The notes under the pieces: model-generated
The model's database searches: none
Told to the model about the DNA's origin: nothing
What the model saw: the letters and a program-made list of their open reading frames with translations, nothing else
Shown here: positions 1 to 9,291 of the stretch, one piece after another
Layout: each line of letters starts with the position of its first letter
Position numbering within the stretch: the stretch's first letter is position 1
Made by a program: the position numbers and the translations under genes
Assembly: GCF_000299355.1 (NCBI RefSeq)
Contig: NC_018664.1
Location: 2,991,993-3,023,992, forward strand
Direction of reading: 5' to 3'
DNA: 32,000 bases
Source of the DNA: Gottschalkia acidurici 9a
GTDB lineage: Bacteria > Bacillota > Clostridia > Tissierellales > Gottschalkiaceae

Positions 1-1136
1 ATATTTACACATCTTAAGGTAAATACAACTGCCACCACATAAAGAATCATTTCTGTATTGTATCTAACAACATCTGATATATCAAATAAAGATACTATAG
101 ACTTTGCACTTAAGCCTATAATTATCGATAATATTACTCCAATCACAACAGATATGAAAACAAATTGATATCCATATCTTTTAGCTTTTTCTTCATCACC
201 TAAACCTATTTGCTTTCCTATCATAACTACTGAAGCGCTGGCTAAGCCAAGTATAAGTACTGTAAAGAAGTTTTGAATAGTATTATATATCTGAACAGAA
301 GCTATAGCTTGTGTCCCCATACGTCCGTATACTATTGAATATATTATTATTCCAGATCCCCAGCACAATTCGTTCAATATAACATGTGTAACTACACTAT
401 ATATTCTCCTTACAAAATCTCTATTAAAGCTTAGTAAGTCAGATAACTTTCCCAATAAAACTTTATTAGTTTTTAACATATAAATACTTAATACTATGGT
501 TTCAAACCCTCTAGCTATAATAGTTCCAATAGCAGCCCCTTTAACACCCATAGCCGGAAACCCTAGTTTACCAAATATAAGTATATAGTTTATAACTCCA
601 TTACATATTAAAGCTAAAAAACTTACTACCATTGGAGGTATAGTTCTCTCTACTGATCTTGATGCATTTGCTATACCAAATGTTATAGCTGTAAATGTGT
701 AACTTAGAGAAACTAATTTTAGGTATACACTTCCGTATTTTATAACTTCAGGATCCGTATTAAATATTGAAATAATCGTATTTGAAAATGTGAGTATTCC
801 AGTCATAAATATTAGTGAAATTATAATATTACTAATCAGGCAAACACCCAATACTTTTCTTATGTTTCTCTCTTCCTTCATTCCCCAGTACTGAGATATA
901 AACACTCCACATCCACTACTGAGTCCCACTATCATGATATTAAAAAGAAGAAATATCTGATTTGATATACCTACTGATGCTATCTGTGCTTCTCCTAATC
1001 TTCCAACCATAAGTGTATCTAACATATTTATAGAAGATGCTATAAGATTCTGTATAACTACCGGAACTGCTATATAAAATAGTGTTCTATAGTATTCTTT
1101 ATCCTTAATCATATTACTTATAAAGCCTCTAGTCAT
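1..1136 (-). CDS. MATE-family efflux transporter (partial; C-terminus lies beyond the window start)
   Basis: Minus-strand frame is open from ATG 1136-1134 (SD aagggggt about 10 nt upstream) to position 1. My translation is MTRGFISNMIKDKEYYRTLFYIAVPVVIQNLIASSINMLDTLMVGRLGEAQIASVGISNQIF..., a typical MATE/NorM N-terminus followed by many hydrophobic segments. It is missing from the ORF track only because it runs off the window. Confidence 0.8.
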   Translation of the reverse strand, partial: MTRGFISNMIKDKEYYRTLFYIAVPVVIQNLIASSINMLDTLMVGRLGEAQIASVGISNQIFLLFNIMIVGLSSGCGVFISQYWGMKEERNIRKVLGVCLISNIIISLIFMTGILTFSNTIISIFNTDPEVIKYGSVYLKLVSLSYTFTAITFGIANASRSVERTIPPMVVSFLALICNGVINYILIFGKLGFPAMGVKGAAIGTIIARGFETIVLSIYMLKTNKVLLGKLSDLLSFNRDFVRRIYSVVTHVILNELCWGSGIIIYSIVYGRMGTQAIASVQIYNTIQNFFTVLILGLASASVVMIGKQIGLGDEEKAKRYGYQFVFISVVIGVILSIIIGLSAKSIVSLFDISDVVRYNTEMILYVVAVVFTLRCVN

Positions 1137-1357
1137 TTTTATAATACCCCCTTTTCTAATCCTTAAATATCTTTCTTCCTTTCTAATTATACTATAATTT
1201 ATATCAATTTACATGAAATAAGATTTTATTAATAATCTTAAAACCCTTAATAATCAATAGCTATATGTTAAAAGAAATTTACCGAAATATAAAATATTTC
1301 ACAGCTATAATTAATATAAAAAACTCTTATCTCATATATTTATGATGAGGTGAGTTT

Positions 1358-2965
1358 ATGAAAATAGCTATATATTCTCGAAAATCGAGACTTACAGGAA
1401 AGGGTGAATCTATTCAAAACCAAATTGAATTATGTAAAGAGTATGCAAATAAGCATTTCGATGTAGATGAGTTTTTAATATATGAAGATGAAGGATTTTC
1501 TGGTGGCTCATCTGATAGACCCCAATATCAACTTATGATAAAAGATGCTAAAAAAAACGTTTTCAATATATTAATGTGCTATAGATTAGATAGAATAAGT
1601 AGAAATATATCTGATTTTTCTGATACTATAGCAACTTTGCAATCTAATAATATTTCATTTATTTCTCTTAGAGAACAATTTGATACTTCTACTCCTATGG
1701 GTAGAGCCATGATGTATATTGCTAGTGTATTTGCACAATTAGAAAGAGAAACTATTGCTGAACGTATAAAGGACAATATGCTAAGATTAGCCCGTTCTGG
1801 AAGATGGCTTGGTGGTAACTGCCCTACAGGATATACTTCAGAACCTATGGAGTACTATGATGATAATATGAATAAAAAGACCATGTATATGTTATCGCAA
1901 GTTCCTAAAGAACTGTTTATAGTCAAAAAAATATTTAGTAATTATCTAGAGCTTGGAAGCTTAAATCAAGTAGAAGTATGGTCTATTCAGAATAATATTA
2001 GAACTCCTAATAATAACTACTTTGATATAACCTCCATAAGAGGAATTCTCACTAATATGGTATATGTAAAGTCCGATAAAAAAATATATGATTATTGTAA
2101 AAAGTCAGATATGGATATAGCTTCAGATATATCAGAATTTGATGGGGTACATGGCCTCATGGTTTATAACAAAAATCTTATACGAAAAGGAAAAGCTAAT
2201 AAACTTCGTCCCACTTCCGAATGGATAGTAGCCGTTGGTAAGCATAAAGGTATTATTTCTTCTGATGACTTTATTAAGGTACAAAATAAGCTTAAGAAAA
2301 ATAAGCATAAAGCTCCTAAAAAAATCTCTAATAATATAGCTCTTCTTAGTTCATTATTGACTTGTCATAGTTGTAATAGTAAATTAAGAACTACTTATGG
2401 TAACAAAAGAAAAGATGGAACTAGACCACACTATTATAAATGCATATTTAAGGAAAAATCCAAAGGTGATGGATGTAATATAAAGAATTTAAATGGTAGT
2501 AAAACTGATAGTTTAATTTTAAATGAAGTTAAAAAGATTAGTGTAAACTATAATAGTTATTATAGTTATCTAAAAAGTCAGCGAAATGATATCTTATTTT
2601 TAAACTCCTTGTATAAAGATAATTCTAGCTCTATAGAAAAGGAAATAGATAAGTACAAGAGTATGATAAGAAAATTGACGATAACTTTAAGCGAAACTAC
2701 AGATTCCAGCTCTAGCAAGCACATAATAAATCAAATAGAAGATCTAGATAAAAAAATAGTAAAAGCTACTAATGACCTTAAGGTTTTAAATTCTAAAAGC
2801 TCTTTTTCTCCCTCTGATACATCCAGTATACAATTTCTAGAGACCCTTATTGATGACTTTAATTCTGCTATAGATAGTCTTAGTTTCAGTGAACAAAAAC
2901 ATTTATTGTCTTCAATTATAAGTAAAATTTTATGGAACGGGGAAAATTTAGAGGTTCATCTATAG
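1358..2965 (+). CDS. Large serine recombinase (phage/ICE/transposon integrase type)
   Basis: 535 aa. N-terminal resolvase catalytic domain (IAIYSRKSR...ESIQNQ, with Ser in the Y-x-R-x-S context; DEGFSG; YRLDRISRN; FAQLERETIAERIKD). This is followed by a recombinase domain, a Cys-rich zinc ribbon (CHSCNSKL...YYKC...GC) and a Ser/Lys-rich coiled-coil tail. SD gaggtgag precedes the ATG. Confidence 0.9.
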   Translation: MKIAIYSRKSRLTGKGESIQNQIELCKEYANKHFDVDEFLIYEDEGFSGGSSDRPQYQLMIKDAKKNVFNILMCYRLDRISRNISDFSDTIATLQSNNISFISLREQFDTSTPMGRAMMYIASVFAQLERETIAERIKDNMLRLARSGRWLGGNCPTGYTSEPMEYYDDNMNKKTMYMLSQVPKELFIVKKIFSNYLELGSLNQVEVWSIQNNIRTPNNNYFDITSIRGILTNMVYVKSDKKIYDYCKKSDMDIASDISEFDGVHGLMVYNKNLIRKGKANKLRPTSEWIVAVGKHKGIISSDDFIKVQNKLKKNKHKAPKKISNNIALLSSLLTCHSCNSKLRTTYGNKRKDGTRPHYYKCIFKEKSKGDGCNIKNLNGSKTDSLILNEVKKISVNYNSYYSYLKSQRNDILFLNSLYKDNSSSIEKEIDKYKSMIRKLTITLSETTDSSSSKHIINQIEDLDKKIVKATNDLKVLNSKSSFSPSDTSSIQFLETLIDDFNSAIDSLSFSEQKHLLSSIISKILWNGENLEVHL

Positions 2966-2986
2966 TTCGATTACTTTTATACCTAG

Positions 2987-3727
2987 ATTGACTCTGCTAT
3001 ACAGTGGGTTATAGAAACAAAAGATAAATATAAAACTAAGATATTAAATCTTTCTTTAGGTACACCTGCTAATAACCCGCTAAATTCAGACCCTTTAGTT
3101 AGAGCAGTAAATGAAGCTGTAAATGCTGGATTAACTGTTGTTGTTGCCGCAGGTAATAGTGGTCCTAACTCCCAAACTATACTTTCTCCTGGAAACAGTC
3201 CATCAGTTATAACAGTTGGTGCTGTAAATGATAGAAGTGCTAATGATAATAGTTATACAATAGCTCCATTCTCAAGTAGAGGGCCAACTAAAGAAGGACT
3301 AAGAAAGCCTGATGTAGTAGCTCCAGGGGTAAATATCAATTCATTATCTAGTGCGAAATTAGATCAGTATAAATCTTTGAGTGGAACATCTATGGCAACT
3401 CCTGTAGTATCAGGTTGTCTTGCAGTTCTACTTAGTCAGGATAGTAGCTTAGGTTCAAAGCAATTAAAGTCTCAAATTATAAACTCTTGTACTAGTCTTA
3501 ATGAAAGATCAGAGAATCAAGGTGCAGGTGTAGTTAACTTGAGTAAGCTATTTAAACATAATAGAAAGCCTGTCCTTACACCTAATAAATCACGCCCTTT
3601 ACCTGATAATGCACGTCCTTTACCTGATAATGCAGACAGTGGTGAAAGAATAAATCAACAAGATTTCATTTCTAGCGGATTAATTTTTATGCTATTCTTA
3701 ATTCTGCTTTTGATAAGAGTAATATAA
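2987..3727 (+). pseudogene. 5'-truncated subtilisin-like (peptidase S8) serine protease, C-terminal about 245 codons with a C-terminal TM anchor
   Basis: Open frame without any start codon, beginning right after TAG 2984-2986. Translation: IDSAIQWVIETKDKYKTKILNLSLGTPANN...VVVAAGNSGPN (oxyanion Asn)...APFSSRGPT...VVAPGVNI...LSGTSMATPVVSG (catalytic Ser)...hydrophobic tail GLIFMLFLILLLIRVI. The Asp (DTG) and His (HGTH) catalytic motifs are absent. The track ORF 3377..3727 is only the tail of this frame, read from an internal TTG. Confidence 0.8.
3591..3632 (+). repeat. Two tandem copies of a 21-bp unit inside the protease tail (RPLPDNA RPLPDNA)
   Basis: cacgccctttacctgataatg / cacgtcctttacctgataatg, one mismatch, in frame. 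Confidence 0.9.
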
Positions 3728-3737
3728 TAAAAGAAAA

Positions 3738-3790
3738 AGTCCAAAAAGAAATTTTAAGTTTAAATCATTTCTTTTGGACTTTTTTATTTT
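3738..3790. terminator. Bidirectional intrinsic terminator between convergent protease fragment and M23 peptidase genes
   Basis: agtccaaaaagaaat ... atttcttttggact stem (one bulge), followed by tttttatttttt on the plus strand and preceded by an A-run (a T-run on the minus strand). Confidence 0.7.
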
Positions 3791-3802
3791 TTCTCTTACT
3801 TT

Positions 3803-5215
3803 TTAATTTAAATAACTTTCAGGATTTTGAGCTACTCCATTTTTTCTAACTTCAAAGTGTAAGTGTGGACCCGTACTTCTTCCTGTATTACCTACTGCTG
3901 CTATAACATCACCTTTTGCAATCTTGTCACCTTTGTTAACATAAAGTTTACTACAATGAGCATATCTTGTCACATATCCATTCCCATGGTCTATTTCCAC
4001 CATATATCCATATCCGCCATTGTTGTATCCTGAATAAATTACAGTTCCACCATCTGATGCCGTTATAGGAGTTCCTATCCTTGCTCCTATATCTATTCCT
4101 TGATGACTTTTTCCCCATCTAGCTCCGAATCTAGATGTAATAGTGCCCCTTGCAGGTGTCATAAAGTGCCCAGTTGCAGCATGTATAGGAATTGCTTTAG
4201 TTCCTTTTACTATAACTTGAGCTATAGGTTGTGAAAGTATTGTTTCACTCAATATCTCTTTCGCTACTTCTATTCCATTATGCTTTTCTACTTTAGCAAC
4301 TACTTCAGTTTTTCCTGACACACCTTCTACTTTTATTTTTTGTTCATTTGTATATAGTGAATCATCAACTTCATATTGAGTATCAAATGCTACTTCCTCT
4401 GTATGTTTTTGTTCTTCATAAGTTGCTACAGTTATAAACGGTTTATGTATAGGTATATTTACCTCTTCACCTGGCTTTATATTTTTAGCATCTTTCCCAG
4501 GATTGGCTTCCTCTATGTCCTCCATATTTACATTATAATCTAGAGCCATAGTCCAATAATTTTCGTTCTCTTTTACTAAATGTTTAGTTTCTTCAATATT
4601 TCCTGTTTTAAGTGTTTCTAATGTGGTATCTATATCAGTAATAAGTGATACAGGAACTTTCTTTTTTACTAACTTTACATCTTCTAGTATTTTTACATCT
4701 TCTACTTTTACATTCTCATCATCTGATGCATGTGAGAATGGTTCTTTAAATTTTTCTATTGCTTGTTTTGCTACTTCTTCAGATTTAACATAAGCTGCAT
4801 CTTTATCGTTTACTTTTATAGCATAGCCAACTGCACTAAATGTTAAGCTATCATTTATATTCTTTTTGATAGTATTTTTTGAAGTAAGTTCTTCGTCTTT
4901 TACGTGAGTACTTACAAAAGCTATCTTTTCATTTATTTTTATTTTATTATCATACTTTTTAGATAAGTCTTTTTCTATTTCTTTTACTAAACTAAGAACT
5001 TCCTCTTTATTTCTAGCTATACCCACGTCTTTTTTACCAAATACAACTTTTACTGCTCTAGTAGCTATCTCATATCTTTTATATTGAACTAATCCAACTA
5101 TTGATATGACCGTAATTAATATCAGCACTATATTCATCTTATTATTTTTAAAATTATTTAAGTTTAATGTTTCCTTAAACTTTTTTATTTTCTTATTTAA
5201 AAGCGAATTACTCAT
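3803..5215 (-). CDS. Membrane-anchored M23 (LytM-type) peptidoglycan endopeptidase with LysM and G5-like domains
   Basis: 470 aa. N-terminal TM (IVLILITVISIVGLV). LysM-like segment (HLVKENENYWTMALDYNVNMEDIEEANPG...IKPGEEVNIP). G5-like segment (VAFDTQYEVDDSLYTNEQKIKVEGVSGK...VKGTK). C-terminal M23 motifs HQGIDI...GNTGRSTGPHLHFEV. SD aaggag is 8 nt from the ATG. Confidence 0.85.
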   Translation of the reverse strand: MSNSLLNKKIKKFKETLNLNNFKNNKMNIVLILITVISIVGLVQYKRYEIATRAVKVVFGKKDVGIARNKEEVLSLVKEIEKDLSKKYDNKIKINEKIAFVSTHVKDEELTSKNTIKKNINDSLTFSAVGYAIKVNDKDAAYVKSEEVAKQAIEKFKEPFSHASDDENVKVEDVKILEDVKLVKKKVPVSLITDIDTTLETLKTGNIEETKHLVKENENYWTMALDYNVNMEDIEEANPGKDAKNIKPGEEVNIPIHKPFITVATYEEQKHTEEVAFDTQYEVDDSLYTNEQKIKVEGVSGKTEVVAKVEKHNGIEVAKEILSETILSQPIAQVIVKGTKAIPIHAATGHFMTPARGTITSRFGARWGKSHQGIDIGARIGTPITASDGGTVIYSGYNNGGYGYMVEIDHGNGYVTRYAHCSKLYVNKGDKIAKGDVIAAVGNTGRSTGPHLHFEVRKNGVAQNPESYLN

Positions 5216-5552
5216 GGTTTCGCTCCTTTCTTTTTTGCCGTACGTTTAATTATAATTTAATTCTTTTGTAATATTTTTGTAACATATTTTAGAATCACGA
5301 ACCTATTATATCACATATTAATTCTAATTCAATCATTATTTATGCTTTTATATACTATTTTCCAATATATTTTTTTATATTATGTAGAATTGTTGCCATT
5401 ATTCTTATTTTTATTACATTTTTTATTCACTTAATCAACCTTTATATTCTACTTTAGAAATTATTTGCATCAAAAACAAATATTCAGTAAGGAAATATTT
5501 TACCCATATTATGATATAATATTATTTAGATTTAATAGGCAGGTGATTTTAT

Positions 5553-6650
5553 ATGTCTTTTTTTATTGAAACCACAGATATAGATTTGGGTGACACTTCT
5601 ATAGAAAATATATTTTTAAACGACTTCATGCCCATGGCAGACGGCACTTATGTAAAGGTTTATCTCCTTGGATTCAAGTATGCTAAGGACAATGATAGAA
5701 ATTTATCTATAAGTAATGAGGTTATATCAAGACACTTAAATATTCCTCTTTCTGATGTTTTAAGAGCCTGGGACTTTTGGCAGGATAAGGGCATTATTAA
5801 AAAACATATTAAAGAAGACAGCAACGATTATGACTATAAAGTAGAATTTTTAAATCTTAAACAACTCTACATAAAAAATAATTATAAGCCTGTCTCATCC
5901 TCTACCACTAATACTACTTCTACTACTTACACATGCTCTTCAGAGGACTTGGTTGAGGCTAATAGAATTCAAGGAATTAATGAAATGTTTAAATCTATAG
6001 ATTATATAGTAAGAAGACCTTTAGTTCCTAATGAAAAGAGAAAAATTTTAGAATGGCTCTATAATTACAATATGAGTACAGATGTAATAGTTAAGGCTTT
6101 TTTCTATAGTATAGAAAAGAGAGGAAAGAAAAATTTAAATTATATCGAAGGTATAATCAGAAACTGGTACGATATGGGCATTACTAATGTTGAAAGCTTA
6201 AATGATTATTTCAAAAACCAAGACGAAAAGTTTTATAGATATGATAGAATTATGAAATCTTTAGGTATTGGATTTAGACAACCTACTGAGAGTGAAATGA
6301 AAGTAATGAGTAAGTGGTTTGATGATTGGAATTTCAGTATGGATTTAGTTCTAAAAGCTTGTGAAAGTAGTAGTAAGACTGCAAACCCTAGTGTCAACTA
6401 TATAAACTCAATACTATCTTCATGGCACAGTAAAGATATTAAAACTATAGATGATATAGCAGTAAAAGATGTCAATCAAAGTAATAAAGCCACTAATCAA
6501 ACATATAAAAATAATTATGGAAGATCTAATCCTAGTAATGCATCAGTAAAAACTAAGTTTCATAACTTTGAACAGAGAACTTCTAAATATACTCCCGAAG
6601 AGCTGGAGCAAATGGTTCTTAGGAAAAAACATAGGAGTGATATACTATGA
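5553..6650 (+). CDS. DnaD-domain replication initiation/helicase co-loader protein (Bacillus DnaB/DnaD family, not the helicase)
   Basis: 365 aa with two DnaD-like C-terminal repeats (NLNYIEGIIRNWYDMGITNVESLNDYF and SVNYINSILSSWHSKDIKTIDDI). Its stop overlaps the start of the downstream loader gene (ATGA at 6647-6650), as in the B. subtilis dnaB-dnaI operon. Confidence 0.75.
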   Translation: MSFFIETTDIDLGDTSIENIFLNDFMPMADGTYVKVYLLGFKYAKDNDRNLSISNEVISRHLNIPLSDVLRAWDFWQDKGIIKKHIKEDSNDYDYKVEFLNLKQLYIKNNYKPVSSSTTNTTSTTYTCSSEDLVEANRIQGINEMFKSIDYIVRRPLVPNEKRKILEWLYNYNMSTDVIVKAFFYSIEKRGKKNLNYIEGIIRNWYDMGITNVESLNDYFKNQDEKFYRYDRIMKSLGIGFRQPTESEMKVMSKWFDDWNFSMDLVLKACESSSKTANPSVNYINSILSSWHSKDIKTIDDIAVKDVNQSNKATNQTYKNNYGRSNPSNASVKTKFHNFEQRTSKYTPEELEQMVLRKKHRSDIL

Positions 6651-7636
6651 ACAAATCATTCATTAGAGAAGTTTTAAGAGACTATGAAAAACGTAGAGAT
6701 GATTCAATATATAGTCAAAAGATAAGACAAGAAGAAGTATATTCAAAGATACCGAGAATAAAGGAAATTGATATGGAAATATCAAAAACAGGATTTCTTA
6801 TATCTAAAGCTATTCTTCAAGATCCAGAATCATATGAGGAAAAAGTTAACGAGATAAAAGAAACAATGGATAGTTTGAAAAAAGAAAAAGCAATCCTTAT
6901 GACTGAAAATAACATACCTCTTGAGTATCTTGATATAAACTATAACTGCAATAAGTGCAAAGATACTGGTTTTTTAGAAAATGGTAATAGATGCAATTGT
7001 TTAAGACAAGTGCTCATAGAAAGATCTTATAGAATGTCTAACCTTGGAAATCTTCTTCAAAAAGAAAACTTTAAAACTTTTAATATAGATATATTTTCCA
7101 CAGAACCTTTTGAAGATGAGAAACTTACTCCTCGGGAAAATATATTAGATATTCTACAAATATGTGAGGGATTCTGCTTTAACTTTGATGAGAAAAATGA
7201 AGAAAATCTTTTACTTTATGGGACAACCGGCTTAGGTAAGACATTTATGTGCAACTGTATAGCTAAAAATCTTTTAGACAGAGGAAAAATAGTTATATAT
7301 CAAACTGCGTTTAATATTCTAGACATAATTAGTAAACACAAATTTCAACCAAGCTATAGTGTAAGTATAGACGAATCTGAGTATAACCTATTGTTTCAAT
7401 CCGATCTTTTAATAATAGATGACTTAGGTACAGAGCTTACGAATAGTTTTACAAATACAGAGATATTTAATATAGTTAATTCTAGGCTTATAAAAGGTCA
7501 GAAAACTATTATATCTACAAATCTAGCTCCTATGGAAATAGCTAATGTTTATACAGATAGAATATTTTCTAGATTATTTAGTCAATTTACACCTCTAAAA
7601 TTCTTTGGTCCTGACTTAAGATGGGAAAGAAAATAA
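6647..7636 (+). CDS. dnaI: DnaI/DnaC-type AAA+ replicative helicase loader
   Basis: 329 aa. N-terminal Cys cluster (CNKCKDTGF...RCNC), Walker A GTTGLGKTF, Walker B LLIIDDLG, IstB/DnaC-like C-terminus. Translationally coupled to the DnaD-domain gene. Confidence 0.8.
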   Translation: MNKSFIREVLRDYEKRRDDSIYSQKIRQEEVYSKIPRIKEIDMEISKTGFLISKAILQDPESYEEKVNEIKETMDSLKKEKAILMTENNIPLEYLDINYNCNKCKDTGFLENGNRCNCLRQVLIERSYRMSNLGNLLQKENFKTFNIDIFSTEPFEDEKLTPRENILDILQICEGFCFNFDEKNEENLLLYGTTGLGKTFMCNCIAKNLLDRGKIVIYQTAFNILDIISKHKFQPSYSVSIDESEYNLLFQSDLLIIDDLGTELTNSFTNTEIFNIVNSRLIKGQKTIISTNLAPMEIANVYTDRIFSRLFSQFTPLKFFGPDLRWERK

Positions 7637-7671
7637 CCGTAAGAGAACACTTTCTCTTACGGTTATTTTTT
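7637..7671 (+). terminator. Intrinsic terminator after the loader gene
   Basis: ccgtaagagaa-cac-ttctcttacgg stem followed by ttatttttt. Confidence 0.8.
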
Positions 7672-7708
7672 AATAATATATTTAAAATCAACATAAAAAA
7701 TATGTCTC

Positions 7709-8686
7709 TTATAATATGTCTCTTCTTAATTCTTCAGCTGACTTAGGTGAAAGATATGCAAATGGTATATCAAATACTGTTAGTGCCCCTGTTCTTCCTT
7801 CTTTTGAGTATTTATATACTGCTCTTGCATAAGCTGTTGCAACACTTGAAGTAAATCCTGGATTACTACCTAACTTAAGATTAAACTCTATGATTTGTCT
7901 AGCTCCTTCTTCAGTAGTACCTGAACGGAATACACTTCCTCCGTGCGGCATACCTGAGTGGTTAGCTTTAAATTCTTCTTCTGATATAAAGTTAACTGTC
8001 GTTTTATATCCTACAAAGTAGTTAGGCATATTTTTTATCTCTTGCTCTATCTTATCTTTATCTGCATTTTCAGCCGGTACTATATAACAAACACGCTCAT
8101 GTCCATCATTCCCTTTAATTTCTATTTCTTCTCCAGCTCTAACTTTTTGTAATGCTTCGTCATTAGGTATAGTATATTGAATTCCTAACTTTACTCCTTC
8201 AACTCTTCTTATCGCATCTGAATGTCCCTGACTAACTCCCTTTCCCCAAAAAGTATAATCAACACCTTGTGGTAGTACACTTTGTCCTAAAAGTCTATTT
8301 AATGAAAATAGCCCTGGATCCCAACCTGTAGATATAAGGCTTACTTTTCCTGATTCTTTTGAAACGCTGTCCATACTTTCAAAGTATTCTGGAATCTTCG
8401 CATGTGTATCAAAGCTATCTACAGTATTAAAGTGCTTAGCTATGCTAGGACCTTGTACTACTAAATCTGTAGCTGAACCACCACATAGCATCATAACATC
8501 TACTTTATCTTTATATGACTCTATTTCAGATATGTTAACTAGTTTTGAACTACCATTAGCTATTGTTTTAACATCTCTTCTTGAGAAGATAGCTACTAAT
8601 TCCATATCTGGGTTTTGCTTAATAGATCTTTCTACACCTTTTCCTAAGTTTCCGTATCCAACTATACCTATCCTTATTTTACTCAT
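7709..8686 (-). CDS. ddh: meso-diaminopimelate D-dehydrogenase
   Basis: 325 aa. N-terminal Rossmann motif IRIGIVGYGNLGKGV and overall resemblance to Ddh proteins (WDPGLFS, GHSDAIRRVEGV). SD aggag upstream. Confidence 0.8.
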   Translation of the reverse strand: MSKIRIGIVGYGNLGKGVERSIKQNPDMELVAIFSRRDVKTIANGSSKLVNISEIESYKDKVDVMMLCGGSATDLVVQGPSIAKHFNTVDSFDTHAKIPEYFESMDSVSKESGKVSLISTGWDPGLFSLNRLLGQSVLPQGVDYTFWGKGVSQGHSDAIRRVEGVKLGIQYTIPNDEALQKVRAGEEIEIKGNDGHERVCYIVPAENADKDKIEQEIKNMPNYFVGYKTTVNFISEEEFKANHSGMPHGGSVFRSGTTEEGARQIIEFNLKLGSNPGFTSSVATAYARAVYKYSKEGRTGALTVFDIPFAYLSPKSAEELRRDIL

Positions 8687-8850
8687 AATATCCTTACTCC
8701 TCTCGTTAGTAGTAAATTATAATCTATTCTCATTTTACCCGTTAACTTACAGTTTAGGCTAAAAATTTATTCAAATTCATTCTTTAGACTAAAGGGTATT
8801 TTATCTATATATATTAACATGTTATTATGAATTTTTGAAACATTTTTTTG

Positions 8851-8893
8851 AAATAAAAAAAAGAGCCCCAAAATCTCACATTTTGAAACCCTT
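8851..8893 (-). terminator. Probable terminator of the 5-tRNA operon
   Basis: Minus-sense gggtttcaaaat-gtgag-attttggggctc hairpin (contains G-U pairs) followed by an 8-T run. Confidence 0.5.
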
Positions 8894-8909
8894 CTTTTAT
8901 AATTTTTAT

Positions 8910-8985
8910 TGGAGCTGGTGAGAGGACTTGAACCCCCAACCTACTGATTACAAGTCAGTTGCTCTACCGATTGAGCCACACCAGC
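8910..8985 (-). tRNA. tRNA-Thr (UGU)
   Basis: 76-nt cloverleaf. Sense GCTGGTGTGGCTCAATCGGTAGAGC...ACTGA-CTTGTAA-TCAGT...GGTTCAAGTCC...CACCAGCTCCA. CCA is encoded. Confidence 0.9.
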
Positions 8986-8995
8986 AACTTACTTA

Positions 8996-9072
8996 TGGCG
9001 ACCTGGAAGGGACTCGAACCCTCGACCTCCAGCGTGACAGGCTGGCATTCTAACCAACTGAACTACCAGGCC
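8996..9072 (-). tRNA. tRNA-Asp (GUC)
   Basis: 77 nt. Sense GGCCTGGTAGTTCAGTTGGTTAGAAT..CCAGC-CTGTCAC-GCTGG..GGTTCGAGTCC..CCA. Confidence 0.9.
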
Positions 9073-9094
9073 ATATTGTTTTTTACTTATTTTA

Positions 9095-9170
9095 TGGTGG
9101 GCGTGACAGGGCTCGAACCTGTGACCCCCTGCTTGTAAGGCAGGTGCTCTCCCAGCTGAGCTACACGCCC
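9095..9170 (-). tRNA. tRNA-Val (UAC)
   Basis: 76 nt. Sense GGGCGTGTAGCTCAGCTGGGAGAGC..CCTGC-CTTACAA-GCAGG..GGTTCGAGCCC..CCA. Confidence 0.9.
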
Positions 9171-9208
9171 ATAACTACATTATGGTATCTGGGAAAATAT
9201 TATTTGTT

Positions 9209-9283
9209 TGGTGACCCTACCGGGATTCGAACCCGGGTTACCGCCGTGAAAGGGCGGTGTCTTAACCGCTTGACCATAGGGCC
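9209..9283 (-). tRNA. tRNA-Glu (UUC)
   Basis: 75 nt. Sense GGCCCTATGGTCAAGCGGTTAAGAC..CCGCC-CTTTCAC-GGCGG..GGTTCGAATCCC..CCA. Confidence 0.9.
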
Positions 9284-9291
9284 TTTTAAGT

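Noticed and set aside
1137-2990. The idea that the recombinase is a minimal, recombinase-only insertion (about 1.9 kb) with both protease halves flanking it.
   Set aside because: The DNA immediately left of the recombinase is the promoter and 5' end of a minus-strand MATE gene. No plus-strand subtilase N-terminal coding sequence (DTG/HGTH motifs) is present in 1-1357 in any frame that I could read.
3377-3727. The 116-aa track ORF as an independent small gene.
   Set aside because: Its 'Met' is an internal TTG four codons before the catalytic Ser of the subtilase domain, and the same frame is open back to 2987. It is the tail of the truncated protease gene, not a separate gene.
8687-8850. A lysine riboswitch upstream of ddh, and a T-box upstream of hisC (20668-20764).
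   Set aside because: The leaders are too short (about 160 and 97 nt). They lack the conserved cores I know: no T-box AGGGUGGNACCGCG-like sequence, no specifier/antiterminator architecture, and no L-box conserved helices.
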